DNA of 64,000 nucleotides, taken from the NCBI GenBank assembly GCA_002010065.2, contig MTMD02000002.1:320001-384000 (forward strand), written 5' to 3'. Positions 25,999-35,690 of the stretch are shown here, one piece after another. Numbering within the stretch: position 1 is the stretch's first letter; each line of letters opens with the position of its first letter. Origin of the DNA: Candidatus Pyrohabitans jungbluthii. GTDB lineage: Archaea > Hydrothermarchaeota > Hydrothermarchaeia > Hydrothermarchaeales > BMS3B. The position numbers and the translations under genes were made by a program. The notes under the pieces were generated by a model, which worked only from the letters and a program-made list of their open reading frames with translations, searched no databases and was not told the DNA's origin.

Positions 25999-26880
25999 TC
26001 ACCTCTCTGATTCTGCCAAATATACTCCTGCAACTATCAATGCGGCATTGCCTATCATAAACAAGGTTACTTCTTCTTTTAAGAAAAAATATGCGAATAT
26101 TACAGTGAATACAGGAATCAAAAAGATGAAAAAACTCGCTTTAGAAGCGTCCATCCTCTTAAGCGCTTCGAACCAGAACAGGAAGCCGATGACCGTCGGA
26201 ACCACCGCAAGGGCTAGGATGATGCCCCACATATAACTGCTGAGATTTATCAGCGCGTTAATCGGTTCCACGAAGGGTGTGAAGATGAGCAAAAATATGG
26301 AGCCGATAGCAGTGCTCAGGCTGACTATGATGAGCGGCTCTCCATCTCTCAGGCCGATTTTCGAGAGGATTATGTAGAAGGCATAGCATATTGCCGAGAG
26401 AAGCATCAGGAAGTTTCCATACACGTAATCTGTGATTTCCATTAGAGAGGATAAATCGCCGTTAGTGGCGATCATCGCCGCTCCGGTTAAGGCGAGGGCT
26501 ACTCCGCCTGCCTTTCTCATACCCAGACTTTCCTTCAGAAATAATGCAGCCAGTGCTGCTGTGAACACAGGACTAGTGGTTTGTAGGACGCTGGATGCTG
26601 AGGCAGTGGTGTACTGCATCCCCACGTTTTGGAAGATATTCGGCAGAAAAATGCCCACCAGTCCTAAAGCCGAGAGCATCTTCAGATTCTTCCTGAGGTA
26701 AGCGGACACCTCACCTGGTCTATATCTCGAGTAAAGGATCGCCAAGAAGATAATGGAACCTATGAAGAAGCGCAATGCCGCCATGGTTACAGGGGGAATC
26801 TCTTTTAGTCCAACTTTTACAAGGATAAAAGATGAAGCCCAGGCAACTACTGCTGTGAGTATTAAAAGAATTGGCGACAT
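25999..26880 (-). CDS. DMT/EamA-family transporter
   Basis: Two EamA repeats (WASSFILVK..L..IPP...LRF; FLKE); about 10 TM helices. Confidence 0.9.
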   Translation of the reverse strand: MSPILLILTAVVAWASSFILVKVGLKEIPPVTMAALRFFIGSIIFLAILYSRYRPGEVSAYLRKNLKMLSALGLVGIFLPNIFQNVGMQYTTASASSVLQTTSPVFTAALAALFLKESLGMRKAGGVALALTGAAMIATNGDLSSLMEITDYVYGNFLMLLSAICYAFYIILSKIGLRDGEPLIIVSLSTAIGSIFLLIFTPFVEPINALINLSSYMWGIILALAVVPTVIGFLFWFEALKRMDASKASFFIFLIPVFTVIFAYFFLKEEVTLFMIGNAALIVAGVYLAESER

Positions 26881-27235
26881 TATTAAGACCCTTATAAGGA
26901 TATTACTTAAGATAGCTCATAACACACCATCTACTGCTTCCCTTACCTGCTAAATTTTACACTATATAAATATTACCTCAAAATAACTCTGACTAAGAAT
27001 TCGCATCCTTACTGCTGTTTTTGCAAAAATACATATTTTTAGTAATAAAATATTTAGATTTTGATTTTATTTTTTTATTATAAAATTACATGCCAAAAAA
27101 TGCATCGTTTTTAAATCATGGACGGTTTTGGACAATTATGTACCCTTCTGTGTAGTTTGTTGTTTTATCTCCTGCATGGTTGTCTCGGCAAATTATACTC
27201 GCCTCTGCGGAAAGGTATATGCCGAGGTGATTGAA

Positions 27236-27637
27236 ATGAAAAAGAGCGCAAAAATTGCAATCGCTGGTTTGGCGGTGCTTCTGCTGGTGGGAGGCGTCGC
27301 CTACGCCCACTGGGGCTTCCCTGGCGGTGGGTACGCAGCCCCAGGGTGGGGCTATGGAATGGGCATGATGGGCCCTGGAATGATGGGGTATGGAGGCTAC
27401 CCTGCCTGGGGCTACGGCTATGGCTTCGGAAAGGAACTAACCGATGAGCAGCGGGCAGAGATACAGGAGAAGATTCAGGAACTTCAGGAGAAAGGAGCCT
27501 ACCCGTGGGAGATTCGCACAGAGGTATTCAAGCTGTTACAGAAGTTCGGCGTGATAGACAATGAGACAACCCCAGTGCCAGGCTATGGATTTGCCCCAGG
27601 CTTCTATGGCTGCCCGATGTGGGGGTACGGCTGGTAA
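27236..27637 (+). CDS. Secreted Gly/Met/Tyr-rich protein
   Basis: ATG after SD GAGGTGA; signal peptide ending AYA; GYGMGMMGPGMMGYGG; helical LTDEQRAEI; C-terminal GCPMWG. Confidence 0.7.
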   Translation: MKKSAKIAIAGLAVLLLVGGVAYAHWGFPGGGYAAPGWGYGMGMMGPGMMGYGGYPAWGYGYGFGKELTDEQRAEIQEKIQELQEKGAYPWEIRTEVFKLLQKFGVIDNETTPVPGYGFAPGFYGCPMWGYGW

Positions 27638-27704
27638 CCCCCCACATTTTTCTTATTTAGGAAAGAGTATTAAGTAGGTAGGAGAATATTAGTATGGTGA
27701 CAGG

Positions 27705-28055
27705 GTGATGAAGAAGTACCTCAGCTATATAGCCTTTGCAATTCTAGGACTCCTGTTACTCCTGACAATTCTATATGAGACTGGCTCCCCGTGGGGCGTG
27801 TGCCAGGCGTGGGGCAGCATCATAGCTCCCGGCAGCATGGCGGAGATGCACCGCAGGCACATGTTCGGCTACGGTTTCCGTGGATTTGGGCTCCTATTCT
27901 GGGTGCTCGTCTTCGCATTTATATACCTGCTGATAGCTGGGGACAGAAAGGAAGAGGAGAGCGCTATAGATATACTGAACAAGCGCCTCGCCAGGGGAGA
28001 GATCACAAAGGAAGAGTACATGGAGATGAAGAGGGAGATTCTGGGCAAGGACTAG
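27705..28055 (+). CDS. SHOCT-domain membrane protein
   Basis: Two TM helices; MHRRHM; C-terminal SAIDILNKRLARGEITKEEY. Confidence 0.8.
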   Translation: MMKKYLSYIAFAILGLLLLLTILYETGSPWGVCQAWGSIIAPGSMAEMHRRHMFGYGFRGFGLLFWVLVFAFIYLLIAGDRKEEESAIDILNKRLARGEITKEEYMEMKREILGKD

Positions 28056-28693
28056 GGCTCAAGTATGCGAACTTCTATGCTCTCATCCTTTTCTGCAACC
28101 AGCTTGCGGAAAAGCTCAGGGTCTGCGCTGGTCTGGGGGATATAGTTGTAATGCATGGGTATGACCACGCTTGGTTTTATAGCCAGCGCTGCTTCTGCAG
28201 CCTCACGCACATCCATGGTGTAGTGCCCACCCGCAGGTAGCAAAGCCACGTCCGCCTTTACGTTGCTCATCTCAGGTATAAAGTCGGTATCGCCCGCATG
28301 GTAAATACGCACGTCATTTATGCTCACCACCACACCTACACCTAAGCCGCGGGGGTGGAAGGGTTTTGCTTTGTTGTACGCCTCCACCGCCTCAACCTTA
28401 ATCTCGCCAATCTCGACGCTGTCTCCAGCCTTAATCACCCTCACATCACCAGAGCAGCGCCTTGCACAGCCCTGCGTTGTGATTATAACCGTCGATGTCT
28501 TCATTATCTTGCCTGCGTTCTCCACGGCGCAGTGGTCGAAGTGCTCGTGAGTCATAACTATTACATCCGCAGCTTCGGCACTGTCTGGTATAACGTATGG
28601 GTCTATGTAGACAATGCCTGCGTTGCCCTTCAGCTTGAAGCTTGCATGCCCGAACCAGGTTATCTCCACCCCTTTAAACTTGGTGGTGTTCAT
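28052..28693 (-). CDS. Metallo-beta-lactamase-fold hydrolase
   Basis: WFGHASF, IDPY, THEHFDH, YHAGDT, IPMHY. Confidence 0.9.
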   Translation of the reverse strand: MNTTKFKGVEITWFGHASFKLKGNAGIVYIDPYVIPDSAEAADVIVMTHEHFDHCAVENAGKIMKTSTVIITTQGCARRCSGDVRVIKAGDSVEIGEIKVEAVEAYNKAKPFHPRGLGVGVVVSINDVRIYHAGDTDFIPEMSNVKADVALLPAGGHYTMDVREAAEAALAIKPSVVIPMHYNYIPQTSADPELFRKLVAEKDESIEVRILEP

Positions 28694-28803
28694 CCTATCA
28701 CCCCTTAATAAATACTCCGCTGGCGAAGGATAAGTAGTTTTTGTTATACCAGCCAGTGATTTCCAAACTTCAGCTTTATATACATGAAAGCACTAATAAT
28801 ATT

Positions 28804-29352
28804 ATGGAGAGGAGATTAATCAAACTACTGGTCCTCCTAATACTCCCTTTTGGCATAACTTTTTCCTTCTTGATTTTAAACTATGGCGGAAATGTCAGTC
28901 TGGGCCTCGATTACTTTTCTACCTACACCCAGCCATACTACAACATGCGGTTTATGGCAGCCACCGCTGTGGCGATAAGCAATTCCAACGCTGCAATTGA
29001 GAGGCTCAACCTCGCGATTGAGTACATTGAGAAGGGCATGCTAAGCCAGGCTTCACAGGAGGTTGAGGAAGCCGGGGAGTTTATCTCAGCCTTCGAGGAG
29101 GCTCTGCTAAAGGTGGAAGAGGAGATTTACAGCGAGGAGAGCAGGCAGGCGTACAGTTCAATGAGGGTGATGCTTGACGCACAGAAGGAGTGCTACTTGT
29201 ACCTCAAACAGATCCTGAGGAAGGCTCGTACAGGCGAGGATTACTCGGAGGAGATGAGGAGGTACAACCGCGCAGCGATGCGCTACATGGCACATGCAAG
29301 TGTAGTGTTTGAGTTCCAGAAGCACGCCACAGGTGTGGTGGTGGCCAAGTAG
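28804..29352 (+). CDS. Hypothetical membrane-anchored helical protein
   Basis: N-terminal TM followed by a helical region; no motif recognised. Confidence 0.55.
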   Translation: MERRLIKLLVLLILPFGITFSFLILNYGGNVSLGLDYFSTYTQPYYNMRFMAATAVAISNSNAAIERLNLAIEYIEKGMLSQASQEVEEAGEFISAFEEALLKVEEEIYSEESRQAYSSMRVMLDAQKECYLYLKQILRKARTGEDYSEEMRRYNRAAMRYMAHASVVFEFQKHATGVVVAK

Positions 29353-29361
29353 ACACGGGGT

Positions 29362-30639
29362 CTAAACACCCGCCTTTGCAATAAAGTCCTCAAGCCTCGA
29401 CTGCCTTAAGATGGTGCTCCTCTTCAGGTACTCTCTGAGGGGGATTTTCAGCCTCGCCGCTAGGCTCTCAAGCGCCTCGCCCAGCGTGGTGAAGCGCTCG
29501 TAGGGGTTGCGAAACGCCTGCCTAACGTTTTCGCGCACCTCCCAGACGCCGACGGGCATTATGTAGCCCTCGTATATCTCACGGAAGACCACAACGCCCG
29601 CCTGACGCCGCATCTTTGCCAGAGCTTCGAGCACAGCAAAGCGCGCCGCGTAGTAGCCTCCACCCTCCTGCTCTGCATAGCTGCTGCGCCCGTGGTAGCC
29701 CTCGTGCTCTATATTAATCGCGGGCTTGTCAAGAGCTAGAGTCCAGAGCGTATTCGGCGCCCACGCTTCAAACTGCTCATACTCCCACCTTCTCGGCATT
29801 AGCAGAATCTCGAAGTGGTTGTCTAAGTATGTGTTGTGGTACACACGGTACTCGTTTATTACAGGATAGTTATGAATCTCCCTCATCAGTGCTTTGCCCA
29901 GAAGGTCGTCCACCGCGGTTATGCTCCAGCGCGTTGGCACCAGGCGGCGGCGCTCCTCGTAACCAAGAGCACCTGAGGACAGCACCCTCGTCAAGTAGTA
30001 CACATCATAACCCTCGCGGTAGAGCGTGGTTGCGGCGAAGCTTGCGCTCACCTCATCGCCTGCAAGGGCGTCGACCTTCTTTGGAATCTTCGGGTTCTCA
30101 GCCAGCGTCAGCTTCTTAAGGGGAGCCGTAGGGCCCAGAGGCTGAGTTAAAGGGGAGAAGCTTATCCCATAGCTGGGCCTGCGCTCAAATTGCACCTCTG
30201 TATCCGGGGCATTTACGGAGAGGGCAACCTCCTGGGCTTGTTCCACTATGCGCGAGCGCTCAGCTACGTGGTGCCTCACCTTTGAGCGCACCAGCAGGGA
30301 GCGCATCCTTATAATCTCGTCGAAGTCTAAGCCATACCACCTCGCCGGGTCATCGTATAGCTCGGGGCTCTCCTCGCTTACCGACGTGAGCGGACCCACG
30401 AAGACGTTGGGGTAACCCTTCCAGCCTACGAAGATGCTGGGCGAAGGGCCAAAGAGGCTTTCCTTCAGCTTCCTCTCAATTGGGCTCCTTATCTTAATCC
30501 GTGCCAGCAGCGGGCAGGAAGGGCGACCACACAGCAGCCTGCCCCCCTTGCAGGCTAAGCACAGCTCCCGCGACATTGGTCTAAGCTTGAGTATCGCCTT
30601 GACTATCTCGCAGCTGGGCTTCTTCTCCGCGAGGGGCAT
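29362..30639 (-). CDS. nreA: Archaeal DNA repair protein Nre
   Basis: CLACKGGRLLCGRPSCP; PSIFVG..GYP.V; RRLVPTRWSITAVD; GGYYAAR; C-terminal PIP box QSRLEDF. Confidence 0.92.
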   Translation of the reverse strand: MPLAEKKPSCEIVKAILKLRPMSRELCLACKGGRLLCGRPSCPLLARIKIRSPIERKLKESLFGPSPSIFVGWKGYPNVFVGPLTSVSEESPELYDDPARWYGLDFDEIIRMRSLLVRSKVRHHVAERSRIVEQAQEVALSVNAPDTEVQFERRPSYGISFSPLTQPLGPTAPLKKLTLAENPKIPKKVDALAGDEVSASFAATTLYREGYDVYYLTRVLSSGALGYEERRRLVPTRWSITAVDDLLGKALMREIHNYPVINEYRVYHNTYLDNHFEILLMPRRWEYEQFEAWAPNTLWTLALDKPAINIEHEGYHGRSSYAEQEGGGYYAARFAVLEALAKMRRQAGVVVFREIYEGYIMPVGVWEVRENVRQAFRNPYERFTTLGEALESLAARLKIPLREYLKRSTILRQSRLEDFIAKAGV

Positions 30640-30670
30640 GGTAATTATATGTGCGTCTAGGTTAAAGAAG

Positions 30671-31039
30671 CTAACTCAAACTTCGAAGCTTCTTCAGCGA
30701 CTCTATGCTCCCCGACTTTTTGTAATATTCCTTCGCCTTCTCGCGGTTGCCCTTTTTAACGTAGAGGTCGCCGAGAAGGTTGTAAACCACCTCGTTCCCA
30801 TAGATGCCCAAGCTTAAGGCGTAGTCAAGCATCTCCTCAGCCCTGCGCAGGTTTCCCTGTCTCATCGCCTCTTCAGCCTGGGTGCAGTAGCTCATCTTCT
30901 TGCCATACTTCTTCTTCAGCCCCTCAAGCTCCTCCCGCGAGGCATGCTTCTTCAATAACTGCGTAACCTCTTCAGCGCTGAGCTTCTCCAGATCTATGCC
31001 GTACTTCTTTAAAAGCTCCTTCTCCTGCTTGGGAGTCAT
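30671..31039 (-). CDS. TPR-containing hypothetical protein
   Basis: VYNLLGDLYVKKGNREKAKEYYKKS TPR-like motif. Confidence 0.6.
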   Translation of the reverse strand: MTPKQEKELLKKYGIDLEKLSAEEVTQLLKKHASREELEGLKKKYGKKMSYCTQAEEAMRQGNLRRAEEMLDYALSLGIYGNEVVYNLLGDLYVKKGNREKAKEYYKKSGSIESLKKLRSLS

Positions 31040-31076
31040 GAGAATGCGTGGGCGGCAATGGGATATAAGGCTTGCG

Positions 31077-31508
31077 CTAAAAGTTCCAAAGGTAGGGCTT
31101 CTTCACCCGCTCGCCAGCAAAGGCCACGCCCTCCGCACGAAGCAGCCTTCGCTTGACTTCGCCGCCGTAGGCATAGCCTCCCACGCGAAAGTCGCTCCTC
31201 ACCACGCGGTGACAGGGCACAATGATGGGGAAGGGGTTCTTTGCCATCACATTGCCCACGGCGCGGGCAGCGCCCGGGTAGCCTGCCGCCTTTGCAAGCG
31301 TTGCGTAGGTCGCAACTTTGCCGGGAGGTATCTCCCTCGCCTTTTCCATTACCGCCCTTTCAAAGGGTGTAAAGCCGGAAAGGTCGAGCTTCATGCTTCG
31401 CGGCAGCGCAGGAAGCACTTCTCTTGCTTCTCCGAGGATGGTGATGCGTTTGACAACACCCTGTTCTTGCATTACCTTCACTTTAAAGCCAGCGTAGGAG
31501 TAGAGCAT
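31077..31508 (-). CDS. ogt: Methylated-DNA-protein-cysteine methyltransferase
   Basis: IPPGKVATY, ARAVG, NPFPIIVPCHRVV. Confidence 0.93.
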   Translation of the reverse strand: MLYSYAGFKVKVMQEQGVVKRITILGEAREVLPALPRSMKLDLSGFTPFERAVMEKAREIPPGKVATYATLAKAAGYPGAARAVGNVMAKNPFPIIVPCHRVVRSDFRVGGYAYGGEVKRRLLRAEGVAFAGERVKKPYLWNF

Positions 31509-31602
31509 GCAACTGTCTCGCCTTTATATATTTTATTGCTTTCGTTTGCATTCTGAATGAAGGCATCTGTAGAGAATACTCGAGTAATACTGGAGGAATA
31601 CC

Positions 31603-31791
31603 ATGCCAAAGGTAACCGTTGATATACCCCAGGAGCTTTACGATGACATGATGGCGCATGTTGGCAGGGATAAGAAGTTTGTTAACGCGAGCGATGCAAT
31701 ACGCACGGCGATACGAAAAATGCTGGACCAGCTGGACGAAATAGACCGGCGGCGGGGCAGGCTGAAGGAGGTAAAAGAGTGCGAGGAGTAG
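31603..31791 (+). CDS. Ribbon-helix-helix (CopG-like) protein
   Basis: KVTVDIPQELY...FVNASDAIRTAIRKML. Confidence 0.8.
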   Translation: MPKVTVDIPQELYDDMMAHVGRDKKFVNASDAIRTAIRKMLDQLDEIDRRRGRLKEVKECEE

Positions 31792-32462
31792 CGCTGCTCA
31801 GCTCCGGCATGGATTCGGTGGTTGCCACGGCGCTGGCGGTGAGAGAGGGAGAGGTTACGCTTGCGCTAACCTTCGACTACGGGCAGCGCGCAGCAGAGCG
31901 GGAGAAGGAGTACGCCGCCAGGGTGTGCGAGGCTTTGAAGATAGAGCACAGGGTGATTGCCCTGCCATGGCTAAAAGAGATAACCTACACCGCACTTGTC
32001 GCTGAAAAAGAAGCCCTGCCGGAGCTTTCTCCAGAGGAGCTGGACTCGAGCAAGGCTGAGGAAAGCGCTCGGCGCGTGTGGGTGCCCAATCGCAACGGCG
32101 TGTTTATAAACATCGCTGCCAGCTTCGCCGAAGCTCTGGGTTGCGACACCATCGTAGTCGGCTTCGACGCCGAGGAAGCGGCGACCTTTCCCGACAACTC
32201 CCGCGAGTATGTAGAGGCCGCAAATAAGGCGCTGAGCTACTCCACCCTCTCGGGGGTTAAGATATACGCCCCGCTTATAGATAAAAACAAGAGCGAAATT
32301 GCAGAGCTGGGTTTGAAGATAGGCGCACCTCTCGAGTGGAGCTGGAGCTGCTACCGCGGCGAGGCTAAGCCGTGCCTGCGCTGCGAGTCGTGCCTGCGCC
32401 GCGCCAGAGCGTTTGAGAGCATAGCTAAGAAAGACCCCCTTCTGGAGAGGCTGGGGCTATGA
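31779..32462 (+). CDS. queC: 7-cyano-7-deazaguanine synthase
   Basis: LLSSGMDS, FDYGQR, VPNRN, FPDN, WSCY...CLRCESC. Confidence 0.93.
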   Translation: MRGVALLSSGMDSVVATALAVREGEVTLALTFDYGQRAAEREKEYAARVCEALKIEHRVIALPWLKEITYTALVAEKEALPELSPEELDSSKAEESARRVWVPNRNGVFINIAASFAEALGCDTIVVGFDAEEAATFPDNSREYVEAANKALSYSTLSGVKIYAPLIDKNKSEIAELGLKIGAPLEWSWSCYRGEAKPCLRCESCLRRARAFESIAKKDPLLERLGL

Positions 32463-33016
32463 GGGTGATTTTTCCAGAGGAGAGAATAACCTATACAGGT
32501 GAGGAACTCGCCTCGCTCTGGGCGTACCACCGCTTTCGGGTGCAGGAAGACAGCATTGTCGCCTTCCGCGGTGGGTGCGAGGTTAAAGCAGAGCACATGA
32601 TAGATCTGGAGGATAGGCTTGGGGAGGCGGAGATTTACTCGCCTGACATGCTCCATTTCATTGTGGAGCACTTCGATTCCACGAGTCTAAAGCTGACCTA
32701 TGCGAGGCAGCGCCTTCTCGCAGCGATTGCATGCGAGGCGATTGCAAAGCTGGGATATGAGGTTGTTCGCAGAGGAGATGACCTCTATTACGAAGAAAAG
32801 AAGCTGAGCGTCAGCATAGCGAGTGTTTCCCCGGTCAGCGCGAAGATTCACTTCGGAATCAATGTGAAGAGCGACAAGTATATGAGTCTTGAGAGGATGG
32901 GGGTGAAGAACCCCATGAAGCTCCTCCGCAGAATAGCTAAGGCGTATGCGGATGAAATTTCAGATATAGAGCGCGACCTGCGCAAGGCTAAGCCCCTGGG
33001 GGTGTACCATGGTTAG
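32459..33016 (+). CDS. DUF366-family protein
   Basis: YTGEEL..LWAY, DSIVAFRG.C.V, MIDLED, MLHFIVEHFD, RRGDDLY, KLSVSIA, KIHFGINV. Confidence 0.8.
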   Translation: MRVIFPEERITYTGEELASLWAYHRFRVQEDSIVAFRGGCEVKAEHMIDLEDRLGEAEIYSPDMLHFIVEHFDSTSLKLTYARQRLLAAIACEAIAKLGYEVVRRGDDLYYEEKKLSVSIASVSPVSAKIHFGINVKSDKYMSLERMGVKNPMKLLRRIAKAYADEISDIERDLRKAKPLGVYHG

Positions 33017-33728
33017 TGCTCCCCTGCTGGAGGTCTTCTGCTCTGTGCAGGGCGAGGGGCCTTTTCTGGGCGCGAGGCAGGTTTTTATACGCTTCGCTGG
33101 CTGCAACCTCGCCTGCGACTACTGCGACACTCCCACAGGAGAAACACCTCACTGCAAAGTGGAGCGCGTCCCGGGCTCTGGAGAATTTACGCTCGTCGCC
33201 AATCCCGTCTCGACTGAGCTTGCCTCAGAGCTTGCCAGGAGCTACGGTAAGGTGCATTCCCTCGCTCTCACCGGCGGCGAGCCCCTGCTGTACGCGGAGT
33301 TTATAAAAGCCCTTGATGCTGGCGTGCCCCTCTATCTGGAGTCCAACATGACGTTGCCAGAGAAGGCGAGAAAGGTAAAAAACGTTATTTCCATCGTTGC
33401 GGGCGACTTTAAGGTTAGAGAGGTGCTCCACGGCGTAAGGAAGAGCTATGAGGAGCTGAAGGAGGCTACGATCGCGTGCTTCAAGGTTTTGAGGAGTTCA
33501 CGCGAGAGGTACACCTTCTGCAAGATTGTGCTCCCCTCGCGCTTTGACGCCGAGGAGGTGCTCGCCAATGTGGAATCAGTAAAGGAGTACATAAGCATGG
33601 TGGTGCTTCAGCCCGTGTGGCAGGATGCGCCTCCGCAAGAAGAGATTCTATCCCTGCAGGAGAGGCTTTTGGATGTTGTGGAGACGAGGATAATTCCCCA
33701 GACGCATAAGATTCTTGGCATGCGATGA
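33009..33728 (+). CDS. queE: 7-carboxy-7-deazaguanine synthase (radical SAM)
   Basis: EVFCSVQGEG, FIRFAGCNLACDYCDT, TGGEPL, PQTHK. Confidence 0.92.
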   Translation: MVSAPLLEVFCSVQGEGPFLGARQVFIRFAGCNLACDYCDTPTGETPHCKVERVPGSGEFTLVANPVSTELASELARSYGKVHSLALTGGEPLLYAEFIKALDAGVPLYLESNMTLPEKARKVKNVISIVAGDFKVREVLHGVRKSYEELKEATIACFKVLRSSRERYTFCKIVLPSRFDAEEVLANVESVKEYISMVVLQPVWQDAPPQEEILSLQERLLDVVETRIIPQTHKILGMR

Positions 33729-33737
33729 GGTGAGGCT

Positions 33738-34070
33738 ATGAGGTTAGGCATTGTAGAACATTTCGATGCCGCGCATTATTTACCAGAGCACAAAAGCTGT
33801 GGAATAATGCACGGTCACACGTATAAGGTTGAGGTAATCCTTGAGGGCGAGCCCAAGGATGGGATAATTATTGACTTCGCGGACGTTAAGGCAGCTCTTC
33901 GCGAGGTACTCGCTGAGTACGACCACCGCGTGCTCAACGAGCTTCTCCCTTACCCGAGTGCAGAGAACATCTGCATAAGCATTTATAAGAAGCTCAAGAC
34001 CAAGCTGAACTTCCCTCTCACTGTACGCCTGTGGGAGGGCGAAGGCAAGTGGGTGGAGATTGGAGACTGA
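33738..34070 (+). CDS. queD: 6-carboxy-5,6,7,8-tetrahydropterin synthase
   Basis: FDAAHYL, CGIMHGHTY, DF, YDHRVLN, PSAEN. Confidence 0.92.
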   Translation: MRLGIVEHFDAAHYLPEHKSCGIMHGHTYKVEVILEGEPKDGIIIDFADVKAALREVLAEYDHRVLNELLPYPSAENICISIYKKLKTKLNFPLTVRLWEGEGKWVEIGD

Positions 34071-34797
34071 GGTGAGGACAACGCAGGCTGTGATCCTCGC
34101 CGGGGGTAAGGGGAAGAGGCTCCAGCCCTTTACCAGTGCTGTGCCAAAGGCGATACTCCCGGTAAGGGGCAAAGCCGTGATTCTCCACCAGCTCAAAGCG
34201 CTGGAGGAGGCAGGTATTGAGGAGGTGCTGGTGGTTAGGGGCGCGCAGGGAGAGAAAATAGAGCGCTTTCTAAGCTCTCAAGGAAAGAGGGTGAAGTTTA
34301 TCACGCAACCTAAGCCTCTTGGCTCCGCCCACGCTCTCAGTCTGGCGCTCCCCCATCTCCAGGGTGACTTCGTCGCCTTGGCGTGCGATTACGTCTTTCC
34401 GTCCGCGCACCTTAAAGAGCTTCTCCGCATGCACCATTCGGCGAAGGCTGCGGCTACGCTGAGCCTGAAGCGCATGGACAGGGATAAAATAAAAGAAGCC
34501 AGCACCGTTATGCTCAGGGAGGGCAGGGTGGTTAGGATAGTGGAAAAGCCCAGCGAAGAGGAGATACTCAGCGAGATTGCGGCGGCTCCGCTATATGTTT
34601 TCAGCCCGCAAGCCAAGCCCTTCATCGCCAGCGTTGAGGTCTCGCCTCGAGGAGAGTATGAGATTCCCAGCGCGATTCAGAACATGATAAACGCCGGTTT
34701 AGAGGTTCGCGGAGTGCTCACACAGGAGTGGGCACACCTCTCGCGCTGGCAGGACCTGCTCAGGCTGAACTTTCCCTATCTCGCAGACTACCTCTAA
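34060..34797 (+). CDS. Sugar-phosphate nucleotidyltransferase
   Basis: ILAGGKGKRLQPFT..PK, QPKPLGSAHA, VEKP, SPRGEYEI. Confidence 0.88.
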   Translation: METEVRTTQAVILAGGKGKRLQPFTSAVPKAILPVRGKAVILHQLKALEEAGIEEVLVVRGAQGEKIERFLSSQGKRVKFITQPKPLGSAHALSLALPHLQGDFVALACDYVFPSAHLKELLRMHHSAKAAATLSLKRMDRDKIKEASTVMLREGRVVRIVEKPSEEEILSEIAAAPLYVFSPQAKPFIASVEVSPRGEYEIPSAIQNMINAGLEVRGVLTQEWAHLSRWQDLLRLNFPYLADYL

Positions 34798-35348
34798 TAC
34801 TCAAGCTTATCCAGCATCTCCCGCAATCGCGTGAGTCTCGCGGAGAAGCCCTCCCATTCCCCAAGCTCTATCGGCTTATCCAGCGCATCTGAGAAATTCA
34901 ACCTCAGAAAGTGGCTGTAGTGCTGGTGGTACTCCAGAGCAAGGTCGAAGTAGCGCATCTCAAGCTTCTTGGGCGGGTGGTACAGGAGCTTTATGTCTTC
35001 CTCAAGCTCAGCCGCCAGGGTTTTAATCTCAGCCAAAATGCGACCTGCCACCCTCTCCCAGGCAACCTCCTCAAAACCCCGCTTGGTTAAACCCTCCTCC
35101 AGTAGGGCCTTTTTAACCTCCACCTTTGAATCGCCCTCAAAATTAGGTCCATGCACAAAAGCCAAGCCACGAAGGGTGCTTTCCTCTGGCTCAAGTGCAA
35201 GAAGCACCTTATCTTTAGCGAGGTTCTCAAGGTTCCTGTTCAGCGTCTCGCGGTTAACCTCGCCCTTTATCCTTGAAATTACCTTTTCCGCCTCTTCTGG
35301 AGAAAAAAGAAATAGTTCGCTGGCGATGGCAAGGATGAGCTCTCTCAT
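34794..35348 (-). CDS. Hypothetical protein
   Basis: ORF overlaps the UPF0147 gene by ATGA and has typical codon usage. Confidence 0.6.
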   Translation of the reverse strand: MRELILAIASELFLFSPEEAEKVISRIKGEVNRETLNRNLENLAKDKVLLALEPEESTLRGLAFVHGPNFEGDSKVEVKKALLEEGLTKRGFEEVAWERVAGRILAEIKTLAAELEEDIKLLYHPPKKLEMRYFDLALEYHQHYSHFLRLNFSDALDKPIELGEWEGFSARLTRLREMLDKLEY

Positions 35349-35602
35349 GTCTTTATGGTCTCAAGTTCACTGGAAATGTTCCAGATTATTGTTCTTGCAT
35401 GCAGAGGCAGGTTCCTGTCGTTGCTTATCTCCTCCAAGATATAGATGGCAGAGCTTACCCTTACCCCTAAATCCTCCTTTTCGTTCATTAATGTGTTTTT
35501 CGCCTCCTCCGCGGCTCTGCGAATGTTGCGGGGAATGGATGTATCCTCAATCACCTGGTTCAGAACTTCGCAAATCTGTCTTACCTTTTCCTCGTGTTCC
35601 AT
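35345..35602 (-). CDS. UPF0147-family protein
   Basis: DTSIPRNIRRAA...LEEISNDRNLPLHARTIIW. Confidence 0.9.
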   Translation of the reverse strand: MEHEEKVRQICEVLNQVIEDTSIPRNIRRAAEEAKNTLMNEKEDLGVRVSSAIYILEEISNDRNLPLHARTIIWNISSELETIKT

Positions 35603-35690
35603 GTAATCACCTCCAAAAAGGCGGAAAAGTAATTCGACGAGCAGGTCACTACCTTATATATTTTTTACGTTATAAAAAATTACTGGTAGT

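Noticed and set aside
27330-27430. Short GGCTA(C/T)GG repeats as a CRISPR or tandem array
   Set aside because: They are coding low-complexity Gly-Tyr-Gly repeats without a repeat-spacer period.
31779-34070. queCDE as a dpd DNA-modification defence island
   Set aside because: There is no dpdA/tgtA5 or other dpd gene, and the housekeeping context fits tRNA archaeosine precursor synthesis.
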